64,000 bases of DNA from Selaginella moellendorffii (taxonomy: Eukaryota > Plantae > Lycopodiophyta). The translations under genes and the position numbers were made by a program. The DNA lies in the NCBI RefSeq assembly GCF_000143415.4, contig NW_003314278.1, positions 698,371 to 762,370 on the forward strand. The letters are read 5' to 3'. Below, in pieces: positions 24,588 to 37,750 of this stretch; the first letter of the stretch is position 1, and each line of letters starts with the position of its first letter. The notes beneath the pieces are model-generated. The model saw only the letters and a program-made list of their open reading frames with translations. It did not search any database and had not been told where the DNA came from.

Positions 24588-25632
24588 GTAGCCAGTAAGC
24601 CTCGCTTTTTGTTCTCAAACTTTTTAAGTTTTTTTGTTGTCGAGTGGAAAGCACTATCCAGTGTCTTGATTTTTAAAATCTATTGCAACTAATGAAATCA
24701 ATCGTGTTCGCAGAAAGAAGCAAATACATAGCCATCCTAGAGTATTCCACCATTCAGCGAGATAGATATTTTACCTACGTACACTTCTATTAGCGCAACA
24801 CAGCAAGGTAGCTCAAGTATTTTATTCAGTCTTAGTTGGATACCTTACCAGGAGACAAAGACCAAGCTGTCCTTAGATCATTTCTTTTATCAGGAGAAAG
24901 CCTCCATGGTCAGCTGTTGCTTTCAAGAAATCTCAACTCTCGAGTTGAGTGCTTAAAGTTGATTCTCTAGAGACGCCTCTTTGCTCGTCGAGTGGATCAC
25001 CACTCTTGGCGATACTGGTAGAAATCATTCTATTGCTTCAGCATTTTTTTTAAGTGCTGGAAAATGTGTTGCAGCGAGTTCCATCATTCGAGACGAGCGC
25101 CTTTGCGTCTCGGACCGCAACAAGTAAGTCTGAGATAAAACTTGGAACTTCACTGACCGATTGGGACTGTTTGATTGGTGTAGTTGGCAATGAATGGAGA
25201 AGTACCTCCTCTCTCCTTGAAGGCGAGGAGGATGAGATCAAAGAAGAATATGACCAGTGAGCAGTCGAAATCAATCGGTTTGCATTGAGGAGCAGAGCAA
25301 GCTGAAGTTTTCCATGAAATGTATCGTCTTTCTTTCGCATTTGTTTCTTATTGTCAGCCTTTACCATCTCGTAGGTGCAGTAGCAGCAAGCAAACACAGA
25401 GGACAAAGCCATAACAGAAGAGCAAACTTGACGTTTCATCCCGTCTCGGCGGACGCGTTCGATCCCCTCCTTTTTCTTTTGGCTTTCGTGCTCCAGATGC
25501 TAAAGAGGAATCCACCAGAGATTTGGGAACAAAGATGAAGGTACCGTACCATCTTTCACATTTTTGAGCTCTGATCTGGTTTCTTCACCTCCTTTTTTTT
25601 CTTCTTTCTTTTTTCTCTTTGGTGGGGCTGCA

Positions 25633-25672
25633 CAGCAGCAGCAGCAACAGGAACAGCAGCAGCAGCAGCAGC
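25633..25672. repeat. Imperfect (GCA)n microsatellite
   Basis: CAGCAGCAGCAGCAACAGGAACAGCAGCAGCAGCAGCAGC is directly visible. Confidence 0.8.
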
Positions 25673-26393
25673 TTTTTCATTTCTTGGCACATAGGAGAGG
25701 TGCTGTTGGTGGATTTGACGATGGTGCGTGAGCCATTTTTTTCCTCCTTTGCATTCATTCATTAGCCTGCGCGCGAGGCCTGACTGTGAAACCAGCTGGA
25801 GCTCTGCATTATCTCTGCTGCTCCTCACGGGCCCTCCCCACTTCCAGCTTTACAAAGCCCACCACCTTTGCCTTTTATCAAGACTTCCCTTTTGGAAGCC
25901 TCCCATCCACAAAGCAAAGAAGCAACCGCTTATACAAAAGCTATGATGGATCATCGTATTTTTAACAAAAAGCTTGGCCAAAGTGGTGGTTTGGTTACGA
26001 TTCTCAATAGCGGTGCCACGAAAAAATCTAAGAAATTCGTTAACAAATCCAAAGGCGAAGACCAGATTTGTGGTCGCTCCAATTTTTTTTAAGACTCCGA
26101 AGAGGTTTTAAACAAAAGCAGGGGTCACGGGATCGAATCGGGTCAAGCCCATATACCTCCGTACTGGTGTACAGTAAGAAAATACCCTTCTTTCTCCTTT
26201 GTAAAGCCTGGGGGCAGGGCAGCGGCAGCTCCTCCCAAGCTGATCCTGGCGAGAGAGTGAATGCATGCCCGCCCTGGCGGAGAGAATTTGAGATCATTGA
26301 ATCGATGCATTGCTTCCATTCCAATCATTAGTACTAGGCCGAGCTCGCTCGGATCAATCAGTCGCGGATAGAAGGCGCTAGGAAGAGAATTCA

Positions 26394-27911
26394 ATGGCGT
26401 GGTGCATGCTGGCGCTTGCTCTTCTTCTCTTCCTCGCCGGATCGACGCCAATTGCGATTGCTGGTAGCAGCGGTCGATTGCTCAAGAGCAGCCACGAATC
26501 CACAGTGCTGGATGTGGACGCGGTGCGCCAATCTCTCCTCCATCGCCCGGCCAAAGGAGCGATCGACGAGGAGGAGAAGAATGCAGTAGCGGAGAAGGAA
26601 GAAGAGGTGATGTCCATCGTCCACTCGAGCCACTTCTCCGCGCACTCCACCAGATCCCACCGCGAGGTGCTCGAGGCGCGGCTCAAGATGGACGCCGCGC
26701 GGGTGGAAGCCATCGCCCAGCGCCTCGAAATGGCGCTCAACGGCGTCAAGCACCGCGATCTCACGCTCGTCCACAACGCATCCTCGTCGCCCGCCACCGT
26801 CTTCTCGCAATCCGAGGCCGATTCCTCCTCGGGCAGCCAGGTCACGTCCGGCCTCGCGTTTGGATCCGGCGAGTACTTCGTGCGCGTCGGCATTGGATCG
26901 CCCACCAAGCTCCAGTACCTGGTGATGGACACCGGCAGCGACGTCCCCTGGATCCAGTGCTCGCCTTGCAAGAGCTGCTACAAGCAAAACGACGCCGTCT
27001 TCGATCCACGCGCGTCCTCCTCCTTCCGCCGCCTCTCGTGCTCCACCCCGCAGTGCAAGCTCCTCGACGTCAAAGCTTGCGCGAGTACGGACAATCGCTG
27101 CCTCTACCAGGTCTCGTACGGCGACGGCTCTTTCACCGTCGGGGACCTCGCCTCGGACTCCTTCTCGGTTAGCCGAGGCCGGACGAGCCCGGTGGTCTTC
27201 GGCTGTGGCCATGATAACGAGGGACTCTTCGTTGGCGCCGCCGGGCTTCTCGGCCTCGGCGCTGGGAAGCTCTCGTTTCCATCCCAGCTCTCCAGCCGGA
27301 AGTTCTCCTACTGTCTCGTCAGCCGCGACAATGGCGTCCGGGCCTCGAGCGCGCTGCTCTTCGGGGACTCGGCTCTTCCCACCTCGGCCTCGTTTGCTTA
27401 CACGCAGCTGCTCAAGAATCCCAAGCTCGACACCTTCTACTACGCTGGCCTGTCCGGGATCAGCATCGGAGGTACGCTTCTGTCCATCCCTTCCACGGCT
27501 TTCAAGCTCTCGAGCAGCACCGGACGCGGGGGCGTGATCATCGACTCGGGCACCTCCGTCACCCGGCTGCCGACGTACGCGTATACGGTCATGAGGGACG
27601 CGTTCCGGTCGGCGACGCAGAAGTTGCCTCGGGCAGCCGACTTCTCGCTGTTTGATACGTGCTATGACTTCTCGGCCCTGACCTCCGTCACCATCCCGAC
27701 TGTGTCTTTCCACTTCGAAGGCGGGGCGAGCGTCCAGTTGCCGCCGAGTAACTACTTAGTGCCGGTTGACACGTCCGGGACGTTTTGCTTTGCCTTCTCG
27801 AAGACTTCGTTGGATCTGTCCATTATCGGGAACATCCAGCAGCAGACTATGCGTGTCGCCATTGATCTGGATTCGTCTCGGGTTGGTTTTGCTCCCAGGC
27901 AATGCACTTGA
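26394..27911 (+). CDS. Secreted A1 aspartic protease, nepenthesin/ASPG-like, intronless
   Basis: Signal peptide; GSGEYFVRVGIGSP; catalytic DTGS and DSGT; Cys-rich nepenthesin insert; SIIGNIQQQ...VGFAP. Confidence 0.95.
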   Translation: MAWCMLALALLLFLAGSTPIAIAGSSGRLLKSSHESTVLDVDAVRQSLLHRPAKGAIDEEEKNAVAEKEEEVMSIVHSSHFSAHSTRSHREVLEARLKMDAARVEAIAQRLEMALNGVKHRDLTLVHNASSSPATVFSQSEADSSSGSQVTSGLAFGSGEYFVRVGIGSPTKLQYLVMDTGSDVPWIQCSPCKSCYKQNDAVFDPRASSSFRRLSCSTPQCKLLDVKACASTDNRCLYQVSYGDGSFTVGDLASDSFSVSRGRTSPVVFGCGHDNEGLFVGAAGLLGLGAGKLSFPSQLSSRKFSYCLVSRDNGVRASSALLFGDSALPTSASFAYTQLLKNPKLDTFYYAGLSGISIGGTLLSIPSTAFKLSSSTGRGGVIIDSGTSVTRLPTYAYTVMRDAFRSATQKLPRAADFSLFDTCYDFSALTSVTIPTVSFHFEGGASVQLPPSNYLVPVDTSGTFCFAFSKTSLDLSIIGNIQQQTMRVAIDLDSSRVGFAPRQCT

Positions 27912-28194
27912 TTCCATCGACTTATAATATATATAAGCCATATAACTGTATGTAACAAGCCAGCCTTTTTGCCTGGAATGTAAACACCGAACTGTCAGAA
28001 AGATCGAATCACACGTTACTTACCAGTAGCTTTGGGAAAAGGAGTTAGAAAAATAAGAAGAATTCGTTCAAAAGCCAGAAACCTCTCTCCTCGTAACAAA
28101 AAGAGAAGGAAGAGGAGCAAACAATGAAAGAGTGCCTCCTTAGAAAAACTAGACCGTTTTTGCGAGCTTATAGGCGGCTAGAGCCCTGTCATTG

Positions 28195-29344
28195 TCAATC
28201 CGACTTTCCCTGCTGGACTCCATACTCCTGTAAGAAGTGTTCCGCGTCCAGTGCAGCCATGCATCCTGTGAATCAAAAAGTTTAGCAGTGATCACAAAAG
28301 AAAGAGATTATAAAACTTACCGGTACCGGCAGCAGTCACCGCTTGCCTATACTTCTTGTCTTGGACGTCCCCAGCAGCGAACACACCAGGAATGTTGGTC
28401 TTTGTGGTTCCTGGAGTAGTAAGTATATATCCTTCTTTGTCTGTGTCGAGCTGACCACCCAAAAACTTTGAGGCCGGCTCGTGCCCAATCGCGAAAAACA
28501 ATCCCGAAACTTGGAGGTCCGTCAGAGCGTTCGTCACGGTGTTCTTGAGTTTGAGCCCCGCGAGGCTGCCACTCTCGTTACCAACGGCCTCCACCACGGT
28601 GGTGTTCCAAAGAACTTCGATCTTTGGATTGTCGAAAGCTCTCTTTTGCATGATCTTGCTGGCTCGAAACTCGTCCCTGCGATGGATGATGTAGACCTTG
28701 GAGCCATACTTCGTGAGAAACGAAGCCTCTTCCATGGCGGAGTCGCCACCTCCGATCACTGCCAGGGGCTTGTTTCGAAAGAGTGGAGCCGCTCCATCGC
28801 AAACAGCGCACGCCGAGATGCCGCGGTTCCAGAATCCACCACTTCCTTCCCCCGAGCCCTTGAAGTCGAGCCTCTTGGCAATAGCTCCGGTAGCGATGAT
28901 CACAGTCTCCGCCAGGACTTTTCTCTCCTCGCTGGAGATCTCGAACGGCCGCTTAGAGAGATCGATCTTGTCCACAGTCTCGGTGAAGATCCTCGTCCCA
29001 AACCGGAGACTCTGCTCTCTAAACTTCTCCGTAAGCTCCCCTCCCATGATCCCCTGAGGGAACCCGGGGAAATTCTCCACATCCGTCGTTGTCGTGAGCT
29101 GCCCGCCCGCCGCTACGCCGTTCGCCATCCATCCCTCGAAGAGGATCGGCTGGAGCTCCGCGCGGGAGGTGTAGATCGCGGCTGTGTGGGCAGCGGGGCC
29201 GGATCCAATGATACATACCGGTGTTTGGAGCTGTGGCAGCGGCAGCGGCGCATCCATTCGTGGTGGCGAGGATGAGAATGGGGCGGCGCGGCGGCCCTGG
29301 CGGCAGCACAAGCTCCGGAAGAACGCGGAGAGACGGCTTCGCAT
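28195..29344 (-). CDS. NTR: NADPH-dependent thioredoxin reductase (NTRA/B type), 2 exons
   Basis: [12 protein letters not shown], redox [22 protein letters not shown]; intron at ~28266-28320; last exon [23 protein letters not shown]. Confidence 0.95.
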
Positions 29345-29440
29345 AAAAATGTGAGAACTTTGCTTGACCTATTACTAGTGTAGGGTTTTTGTTTCTTCGT
29401 GTCTAGGCGCTAGGGCGCGTCAAAGCGCTTCGGCCGATCG

Positions 29441-31415
29441 ATGCCACCGGCGAAGGATCGAGTGTCCTACTTCTACGACGGTAAGCGCGTTACGCAGCTC
29501 TCGCGGCTCACGGATTTCGCGAGATTCCTTCCAGGTGATGTTGGAAGCGTCTACTATGGACCGAATCATCCGATGAAGCCCCATCGCTTGTGTATGACGC
29601 ATAGCCTTGTTCTAGCTTATGGCCTCCACCACAAGATGGAAATCTATGTACGTTTTCTTTGCTTTTTTTCGTCTGGTGATGATGCATTTTTTTTCTTTCT
29701 TTCGACAGAGACCTCGGAAAGCTTATCCCGCGGAGCTTGCGCAGTTCCATTCTACAGACTACATTGATTTTCTTCACAGAATAACTCCAGAAATGCAAGA
29801 CCAATACGCGAAAGAGCTTCTTATGTGTAAGATCTTCCTTTGAGTTTTCTGTCGCTTGATTTTCTAGATGTGTGTGCGATGTAGATAACATGGGAGAAGA
29901 TTGTCCAGTATTTGACAACCTCTTCGAGTTCTGCCAGATTTACGCGGGTGGTACCATTGGTACGTCTCTTCTTCTCTCTTGCTCTCTGATAAATGCTCCA
30001 TGGTGGAAAAATGCTAAGCAGATGCTGCACATAGGCTTAATCACGGACTCTGCGACATTGCAATCAACTGGGCCGGAGGCTTGCACCACGCCAAGAAGTG
30101 CGAGGCATCGGGATTCTGCTATGTCAATGACTTGGTTCTTGGGATTTTGGAGCTTCTGAAGTACTTCCCGCGAGTGCTATACATAGATATCGATATTCAC
30201 CATGGAGACGGCGTTGAAGAAGCCTTCTACCTCACTGACAGGTTTGTTGCGCTTTCTAGCTTTGCTACATGCTCACGCCTCCATCGTTTCAGAGTAATGA
30301 CTGTGAGCTTTCACAAGTTCGGTGATTATTTCTTTCCTGGAACTGGGGACGTGAAGGTCGGTATTTCTCCTTATTTTGTACGCGTCTTGATTGTTACCGT
30401 TTCAGGATGTTGGTGAGAGAGAAGGGAAATATTACGCTGTTAATGTTCCTCTTAAAGATGGAATAGACGACTCAAGCTTCATACGGCTGTTTCGAGTAGT
30501 AATATCAAAAGTCGTTGAGTTCTATCAACCTGGGGCGGTGGTGCTGCAATGTGGAGCTGATTCGCTTGCTGGAGATCGCCTAGGATGCTTTAATCTTTCC
30601 ATTCAAGGTTTTATTTCCCAACTTCAGTCTTACATTTGCTTACGTATTCTAACAGGGCATGCGGAGTGCGTGAATTTTGTGAAGAAACTTGGCATTCCTC
30701 TCCTGGTATGCTTTGGACCGTTTCTTTTTGCTCTTGCAAAGCTCACTTGGTTTTTAAGGTAACCGGTGGAGGAGGATACACCAAGGAAAATGTTGCACGT
30801 TGCTGGACCGTGGAAACGGGTGTGCTTTTGGATACGGAGCTTCCGAATGGTAAGTATGCCAGATTAATCTTTTTTTTTCCTTTACATGAACATGGCTTAC
30901 AGAAATACCGTCCAACGATTATATCAAGTATTTCAAGCCCGACTACACCTTGAAAACCAATCACGGACTCAACCTGGTAATTCAAAAATGATATGGAAAA
31001 TTTTATCGGCCTAATGCATGTTTTTATATAGGATAACTTGAATACAAAGGCTTATCTCAGCGCCATAAAAATGCAAGTGCTGGAAAATCTTCGTCATATA
31101 CAGCATGCTCCAGGGGTCCAGATGCATGAGGTACTACATGTTTCTATTTTATTTTATTTGTTTTTTTGTGCGAGTGTGTTAGTGTTTCTCCTTTCTAAAA
31201 TCTGGGTCAGGTTCCGCCAGACACCTACTTCCCAGACTTCGACGAGGGGGATTTTAATCCCGATGAGCGACTAGACCGTAAGTTTGGTGTATAGCATTTG
31301 TCAGTAGTCTTATTTTCGAGCTTTGTCTGTAGAACATACGCAAGATAAAAGTGTGCAGCGTGACGAAGAGTTTTACGATGGCGACAACGATAATGACCAT
31401 GACATGGATTCGTGA
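29441..31415 (+). CDS. HDA9: Class I RPD3-type histone deacetylase, HDA9-like, multi-exon
   Basis: [88 protein letters not shown]; acidic C-terminus ending DNDHDMDS*. Confidence 0.92.
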
Positions 31416-32173
31416 GCATTTTCAAGTTCGACCGTGTACAATATACCTTTCTTGTATTTTGTGCGGCTGGTAGACCTGGTAAGAAACTGTGAGCTGTAAG
31501 AATTTAGATGTTTCTCTAAGTTCTGCAGGCCAGATTATCAGGTACTAATTCACCAGATGTACGTAATGAAGTCAAGTCAAGAAAACGCTGCTCGTGAATT
31601 TTGAGACAGCGGATAATTCTCCGGGTGCCGCTGCCGAATTGTTCTGTAAAACTGCGGTGGTGGTGAGTAAAGGCCAACAGGTGCGTATGTCAATCCTTGT
31701 GTCAGATAGACAGGGATGGAAGGTTTATTTTTTCCATTCACACGGACAGGCAAAGTTTCTGGATTGAAAAGAAGAAAACAACGCGTCATTCAAAAGCAGG
31801 GATTAAGACCATTGTCTCTGTCTCGACATCTGCCAGCCTTTTGGAAAGAAGGCTGGTGTCTTATCAGGGGCATGCTAACAGTTACGATGGAAGATATTAT
31901 TTGGATAACCGGAGGGAAGTCGCTCACTTGTGGACTCAAGCTGGCATTTGGGACTTTCAGATAAATGCGGCTGGTTGCTCATAAGAATGGAAGATATGAA
32001 AGATCTTCAAACACGGAGTGATTGGAAGGATGGAGTGGAGCTCCCAGATAACAGGCGAAGGAAGTGTCTGTTAGAGGCGAGCCACTTTAGGAATTGCCCA
32101 GCATTCTCCAGCAAACAGGGAAGCAGCAGAAAACTGGAGTAACAGATTTTCAGCTCAAGCAACTGGCTTCAAG

Positions 32174-34830
32174 ATGGCGCAGAGTCCTACTGGTGATAAT
32201 TTACCTTTGCGGCAGTACAGCATTCAGTATCAGCCTTCTCCATCTCCGCTGACAAGCCAGGCCAGCCCCATCACGAGTCCACCTCCAGAGAGTGCGTCCT
32301 CCATACCACTCTCGCAAGTCGATACAGAGTCGGCTGCGAGCTTGTCCTGGAAAGATGTCACTGTGAGTTTTGAGCAGCGCAGTTCGTCCCCTCAGGTCGT
32401 CTTGGATGGAGTCGCAGGGTATGCAGAGCCATACAGAATGCTTACTATCATGGGTCCTTCTCAATCCGGGAAATCTACTCTACTTCGAGCGCTTTCCGGT
32501 AGAGCTTTTGGTGTTACTAGAGTTTCATCGGTTTTCTCACAGCTCGCTTCCTTGTATGTTTGCAGGGAGGCTATGTCGCAAAGCAAAGTACCAAGGCGAC
32601 ATTCGAATCAATGGAAGAAGGCAGCAGCTCACATATGGCACTTCTGTATGCTTTCTAATCCTCAGGTTCTCCTCTAGCATTGCATATACTGGCAAAGCCA
32701 CACAAATTCCTTGTATGCTGACTGTTTTCTGCTTTTTCCCTCACGAATTGCTGTTTGTTTCAGACGTTTCTCACTCCGGACGATGAAGTTCTTCCAGACA
32801 GTCTTACCGTCAAAGAACACCTTATTCTGTCTGCGTTTTTGCGACTTCCGTCTAACCTTCCCCGTAAAGAGAAGTTGGCGGTGGCAGAGCACGTAATGTC
32901 AGAAATGGGTCTCACTGAGTTGGCTTACAGATATGTTAGAAAGTGCCCTCACAAGGGAATCAGTGGGGGTGAAAGAAGACTTGTCAACCTTGCAGTGGAG
33001 CTGCTTATTGGTCCCAGCTTGATTTACTTTGATGATGCATTCAAAGGCCTGGAGGGGTATGTTTTACTTCTCAAATATTTGTTGGTTTAAGTTACTCATA
33101 TTACGTTCTTAGAGCTTCTGTGCTCTCCTTGCTTATCAAGCTGAAGGGATTGGCCAGAGGTGGAGCTACTGTCATTATGTGCACTGAGCATGTCTCGAGC
33201 CAGGTTTATGAACTTCTGGATGATTTGTGCTTGCTAAGCAATGGGAAAATGGTGTTTTTTGGTGACAACATCGCAGCAGTGGAGGTAAACATCTCAAACA
33301 TATCTGTATGTTACTTACGTGGTTTTTCTTCAGCATTTCTCCACGGCGGGATTTCCTTGCCCCCCTAATCATAATCCTAGTGATCACTTCCTTTATACGA
33401 TCGGTGCCGAATTCGAGAAGCTTCGTGCTCCATTTCTTTACGTTCAGGTATTAGTACCCTGTTTCTCATTCTCGTAAGGCATGTATCAATCAATCCGTGC
33501 AGGACGCGGAAAAAGCTGAAGCTTTTGCAAAGGAGGACCATCACCAGATAGTTAATTTCCTATCAGCGTCCTATCAAGGTTCCGATTTCAATGCAGCATT
33601 GGTCTCTAAAGTTAATATGCTTGTCAAGAAGGCAAGACTTATTTAAAACTTCGAGAGCTTTCTATGTTTATATACTAACGCGGAGAACACACTGCTACGT
33701 GATGCAGAAAGGAGGAGTACTGGTGAACAGGATAAAGCGCCCTGCCTCACGCTCTGAATTTTTCACTCTAAGCTACAGATCGTTGCTGAACACAACGAGA
33801 GCTCTTGGATTTTATTGGATCCGGATACTTCTCTCGTTCCTGTACATGCTTTCAATCGGCACAATTTTCCTGAGGCTGGATCACTCGAAGAGCTCTATAG
33901 AGGTTTGATCCGAAAATGTTGATATTCTAATCCTCGCTGTTGTCCCCCCCGCCCCCAGGCCAGAGCAGCGTGCATCTTTCTCGCTCTCGAAGGAATGATG
34001 TTCCTGTCTGTTGGAGGCGTGCCTTACATGTACAACGAGGTCAAGGTAGACGAACTGGAAACATAAACTAAGAGGTGGCTTGAAGTATTTTATTTTATTT
34101 GCATCAGATGCACGTGAGAGAAATGGTTAATTGTCACTACGGCGTCGCCAACTTCGTCGTTGCCAACTCAATCGCGTCGCTTCCATTCCTGTTACTCATC
34201 TCCCTCGTCCCGCTTTGCAGCATGTACTTCCTGGCGGGTCTCCACTCTGGAGCACTCAAGTTCATCTACTTCGTCGTCAACTTGTACCTCAGCTTGATCG
34301 TCAGCGAGAGCCTCATGATGGCCATCTCTTGCATTGTTCCAAACGCCTACACTGGAATGATAATAGGATCGTGCGTCCAGGTTTGCAAAGCAGTCTTCCA
34401 CATTTCCAAGTTTTCTTAAAACTCTTTGCAACGATCACAGGTGCTGTTCATGCTGGTCGGAGGATACGTTCGTCACGACAACAATCTGCCGAAGGCGTTT
34501 TGGAAGTATCCATCGTCTTACATTTCGTTCCATGCACACTCGCTGCGGGTAAAAAGATTTCTTCCAGGATTCCAAGGATTGTTGATGTGTGGGTTACTTT
34601 CACAGGGAATGTTTCAAAACGAGTTCCTGGGGTCTCGCTACGGTGGTCACACTGGAGCTTACATTGTCTACGGCGAGTACAACTTTCCCGCAAGCCCCGG
34701 AAAGTGGTGGAGCCTTCTCATTCTCGCCGGGATGGCAATTTTCTACCGGACGCTGTCTGTAGTGTTGATCCGCCTCTCGTATAGAGTTCGTTCCTTGACG
34801 AGGACGTGTATAGCGACTGGAAAAACTTGA
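32174..34830 (+). CDS. ABCG half-size transporter (WBC) with degenerate NBD motifs, multi-exon
   Basis: LSWKDVTV, Walker A GPSQSGKST, signature ISGGERR, NPSDHF, ABC2 TMD (FYWIR, FWKYPSSYISFH); NBD-TMD order. Confidence 0.88.
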
Positions 34831-34860
34831 GAAGAATAATATGGACGAGAGAACCTTTAC

Positions 34861-37750
34861 TTAACGTCCCTCGAGATAGATGACTCGTTCCGGAGAGATT
34901 GGAGCTAGACAAGCTTGAGGGCCGCGCAGAGCCGGAAGCTTCCCCTTTGCAAGTTCCACAACGACGGAAACTCGTAAGGCCGCTTTGCTAACCGATGGCA
35001 CGTTGTAAAAGCCGAGCTCTTCGCTAAACTCGACTAACTTGTCTTCCTTGGATTTCCTTTCGAGCTCCAAGCACCTGTACTGAGACGGGAATCCTTCCAG
35101 CTCCATCTGTACCCAGATTCTACTTCCGGCTGTAATGTGGTGCACAGCACCGCTCGCAGTGAAGTGAAAAGGATACGTCGCCGTCAAAACTTTCAGCCGG
35201 TGCTCAAAGCTGCTGGAATTTACTGCGAGATCGGCTCGCATTTCCTCGACACTGGCACTGACAATATCATGCTTCGGCCAGAAAGAAGCAGCAGCTGCCT
35301 TGAGAGTGCTCACGTTCTCCGGATCTGTTTGATTGCGTAAACTTTCCTCCACTGCTTGCAAGAGCGAGAACGACGCTACCGAAGTGCTCGACAAGCTCTT
35401 ACTTTCCTCGACTATTGAAGCCAGCTGAGAGAAGCGCTGGACGAGCTCGGCGTCGTCTTCCACCTGGATGACAATATAAAACGCGTTGAGCTCCAGCAAC
35501 TGTAGAGCACCTGAGGCTGAGAATCCAGAGAAACAGGTTTGCATGCGTCCTAGTACCGAGCCAAGCTTCTGATGGTCAGGTTCTTTTGCCGAGTTTTTTT
35601 GTGCGACCAGTTGCAGGCAGTCCATGTACAGCAGTCCCAAATTGACGAGCGAAGTGCGCTCCAGTACTAGTAAGGACTTCTTGCAGCCGCTGGAGATACA
35701 ATTTGACAGGTTAGCGTGAACAATGCAGACGAGATGTTCTTTACCGGATGGTTTCTCTTTGGTTGTCGTTTGAAACGCTCCCTGCACGTAGAGCACATTT
35801 GATAGCTTGCTGCACCATAATCAACACCGTACTGGAACTGTCACCAGATTCAACAGGGGTATGCTCTTTTGTAAAATCCGTAATTCGTTTGCAGGAGAGC
35901 ATCTCACTGGGAAGCAACGAAGAAATCCAGCCTGTCGATCGCAATGCTGGCAAGCAAAGGTTCAGGATAGCTTTTAACCTGGGATCATCTAACCCCTTCT
36001 CTCCATTCACAACGAACTTAACCTGCGAAAGTAGTAGCAATGTTAGTAGCATTGTTCCAAGAAGAAGCTTGCTACCTGAGTCAAAAGCTCAGACTTTAGA
36101 GCCTCTACATGAGAGCCGTGTCCTTTCCCCAGGCATAATAGCGCCTCATAGACGTTCTTCCTATCCTGAAGCATCGAGTGTCATGTAAAGAAATTAAGAT
36201 ACCAAAGGCACCTGCGGATGACGATCTAAGCACTTCATCAAAGTTTGGACTGCAGACTCGAACATGACAAGCGTCGGGAGCTTCAAGGAAGACAAAAGTT
36301 TTAGACCCGCATGTCGGAGCTCGTTGTTTTGGTCTTCCAGCGTAGCAGTAATCTGGAACATCAGTGATGTGATAACCATGTAGCAAAAAAGACCAATTTC
36401 ACATACCACACGCAGATGTTTGTCTTCCACGCAGAAAACGCCACAGTCAGCAAGGTCATATAGCGCTTGAATCGAAGCCCTGCGAACGGCGGGATCTTGG
36501 TCGTTCAACATGTCCAGGAAAAGCCCAAGTACACCGGCATTTGCGACTTCTTTAGAACCCAGACTCAAGCTGGAAAGAGCTTGCACAGCAGCAGATCTCA
36601 CCTGCGGACAGGCGAACACGAGATGGTAATAAGAAGAAAGATAAAAGAAAGTCCACTACCTCTGGGAACTCATCCTCGACAGCAGAAACAAAAGCACCCG
36701 CCACAATTGCCGTCCGTGGCGATTTACCATTAATGTTGCACGAGATCAAAGGATCACCACTGGTGACTAGCACTGACTTCTTATTCACCGAATGCAACTT
36801 AATTTTCTGGCTTACTGATGTCATAGTGCCAAGCACACGGCAAGCTTCTTTCCTTACTCGCGTGCACGGGTCTGTGAGCATGGTGCAAATCTGGGTAGTG
36901 AAGTCTTGAAAGTTCTAATCGAGAGCGCGAAAGAGGCTTACCTCTAGATAAGTATAGTTTGTCTCGCGTTGTTGCGATGCCGTGATTTCTCCAGCTTGAA
37001 CTTCCATCACCCATAGCCGGAGCTGCCAAAAGTAAACGAGATATATCAGAGGACAAGGAAACTTGCAAAGAAACTTACAAGCTCCATGGCGGACAGTCGA
37101 ACGGACTCCGAGACGTGATCCTCCAAGAGCCGGAGCGCAATAGCATTCAAACCATCGAGGAAGCTAAATCCCACCGCGTCGAGGGAGATGACAGCATCCA
37201 AGGCAGCTTTCCTCACGAAAGCATGAGTATCAAAAAATCTCTTGTGCAGCGCAGCGATGATCCAGCTCTTGTTTCGTTGCTGCTCAAAGAACTTCGTCGC
37301 GAACTTCAAGCCCCACATTCTAAGCACCGGATTCTTCCCGTAAAGATCTTGCAACAATGCCGGCTGGAGTGCCGCCACCACCTCCGAATGCTCGTTGCTC
37401 GTCTTGCAAATCCGAACGAGGGACGCGAGGATGCGAATCTTGATCGGCTCGGGGCAGCCATCCAAGAGATAGTACCTCTGCAGGCACGACGTGGTCGTTT
37501 CATCCGCGAAGATCGACGAGAGAGCGGAGATAATCTGCTGGATCACCGATATTTCCTGCTCCTCCCACAGCCTCCGTTGCATTGCCTCCCTCACAGGCCC
37601 CAGCTGAGCACCGCGCGCCCCGGCAATCATTCCAGAGATCGCGATGGAGCGCATTCTCACCTCTGGATCCGCGACCAACGCCATGCAATCCTCAGTCGAC
37701 TGCCCGGTGGCGCCATCGCCATCGCGCTCCAGCCATCGCCTCTTCTTCAT
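34861..37750 (-). CDS. SIEL: SIEL / Integrator subunit 4-like HEAT-repeat protein, multi-exon
   Basis: HEAT repeats with AGAFVSAVEDEFPE|VRSAAVQAL, LFLDMLNDQDPAVR and LDDPR motifs characteristic of INTS4/SIEL. Confidence 0.82.

Noticed and set aside
26391-27713. 440-aa antisense ORF (likewise 57120-58130, 50560-51572, 37115-37846, 28481-29275)
   Set aside because: Shadow ORFs of GC-rich genes on the opposite strand or in alternative frames; no motifs.
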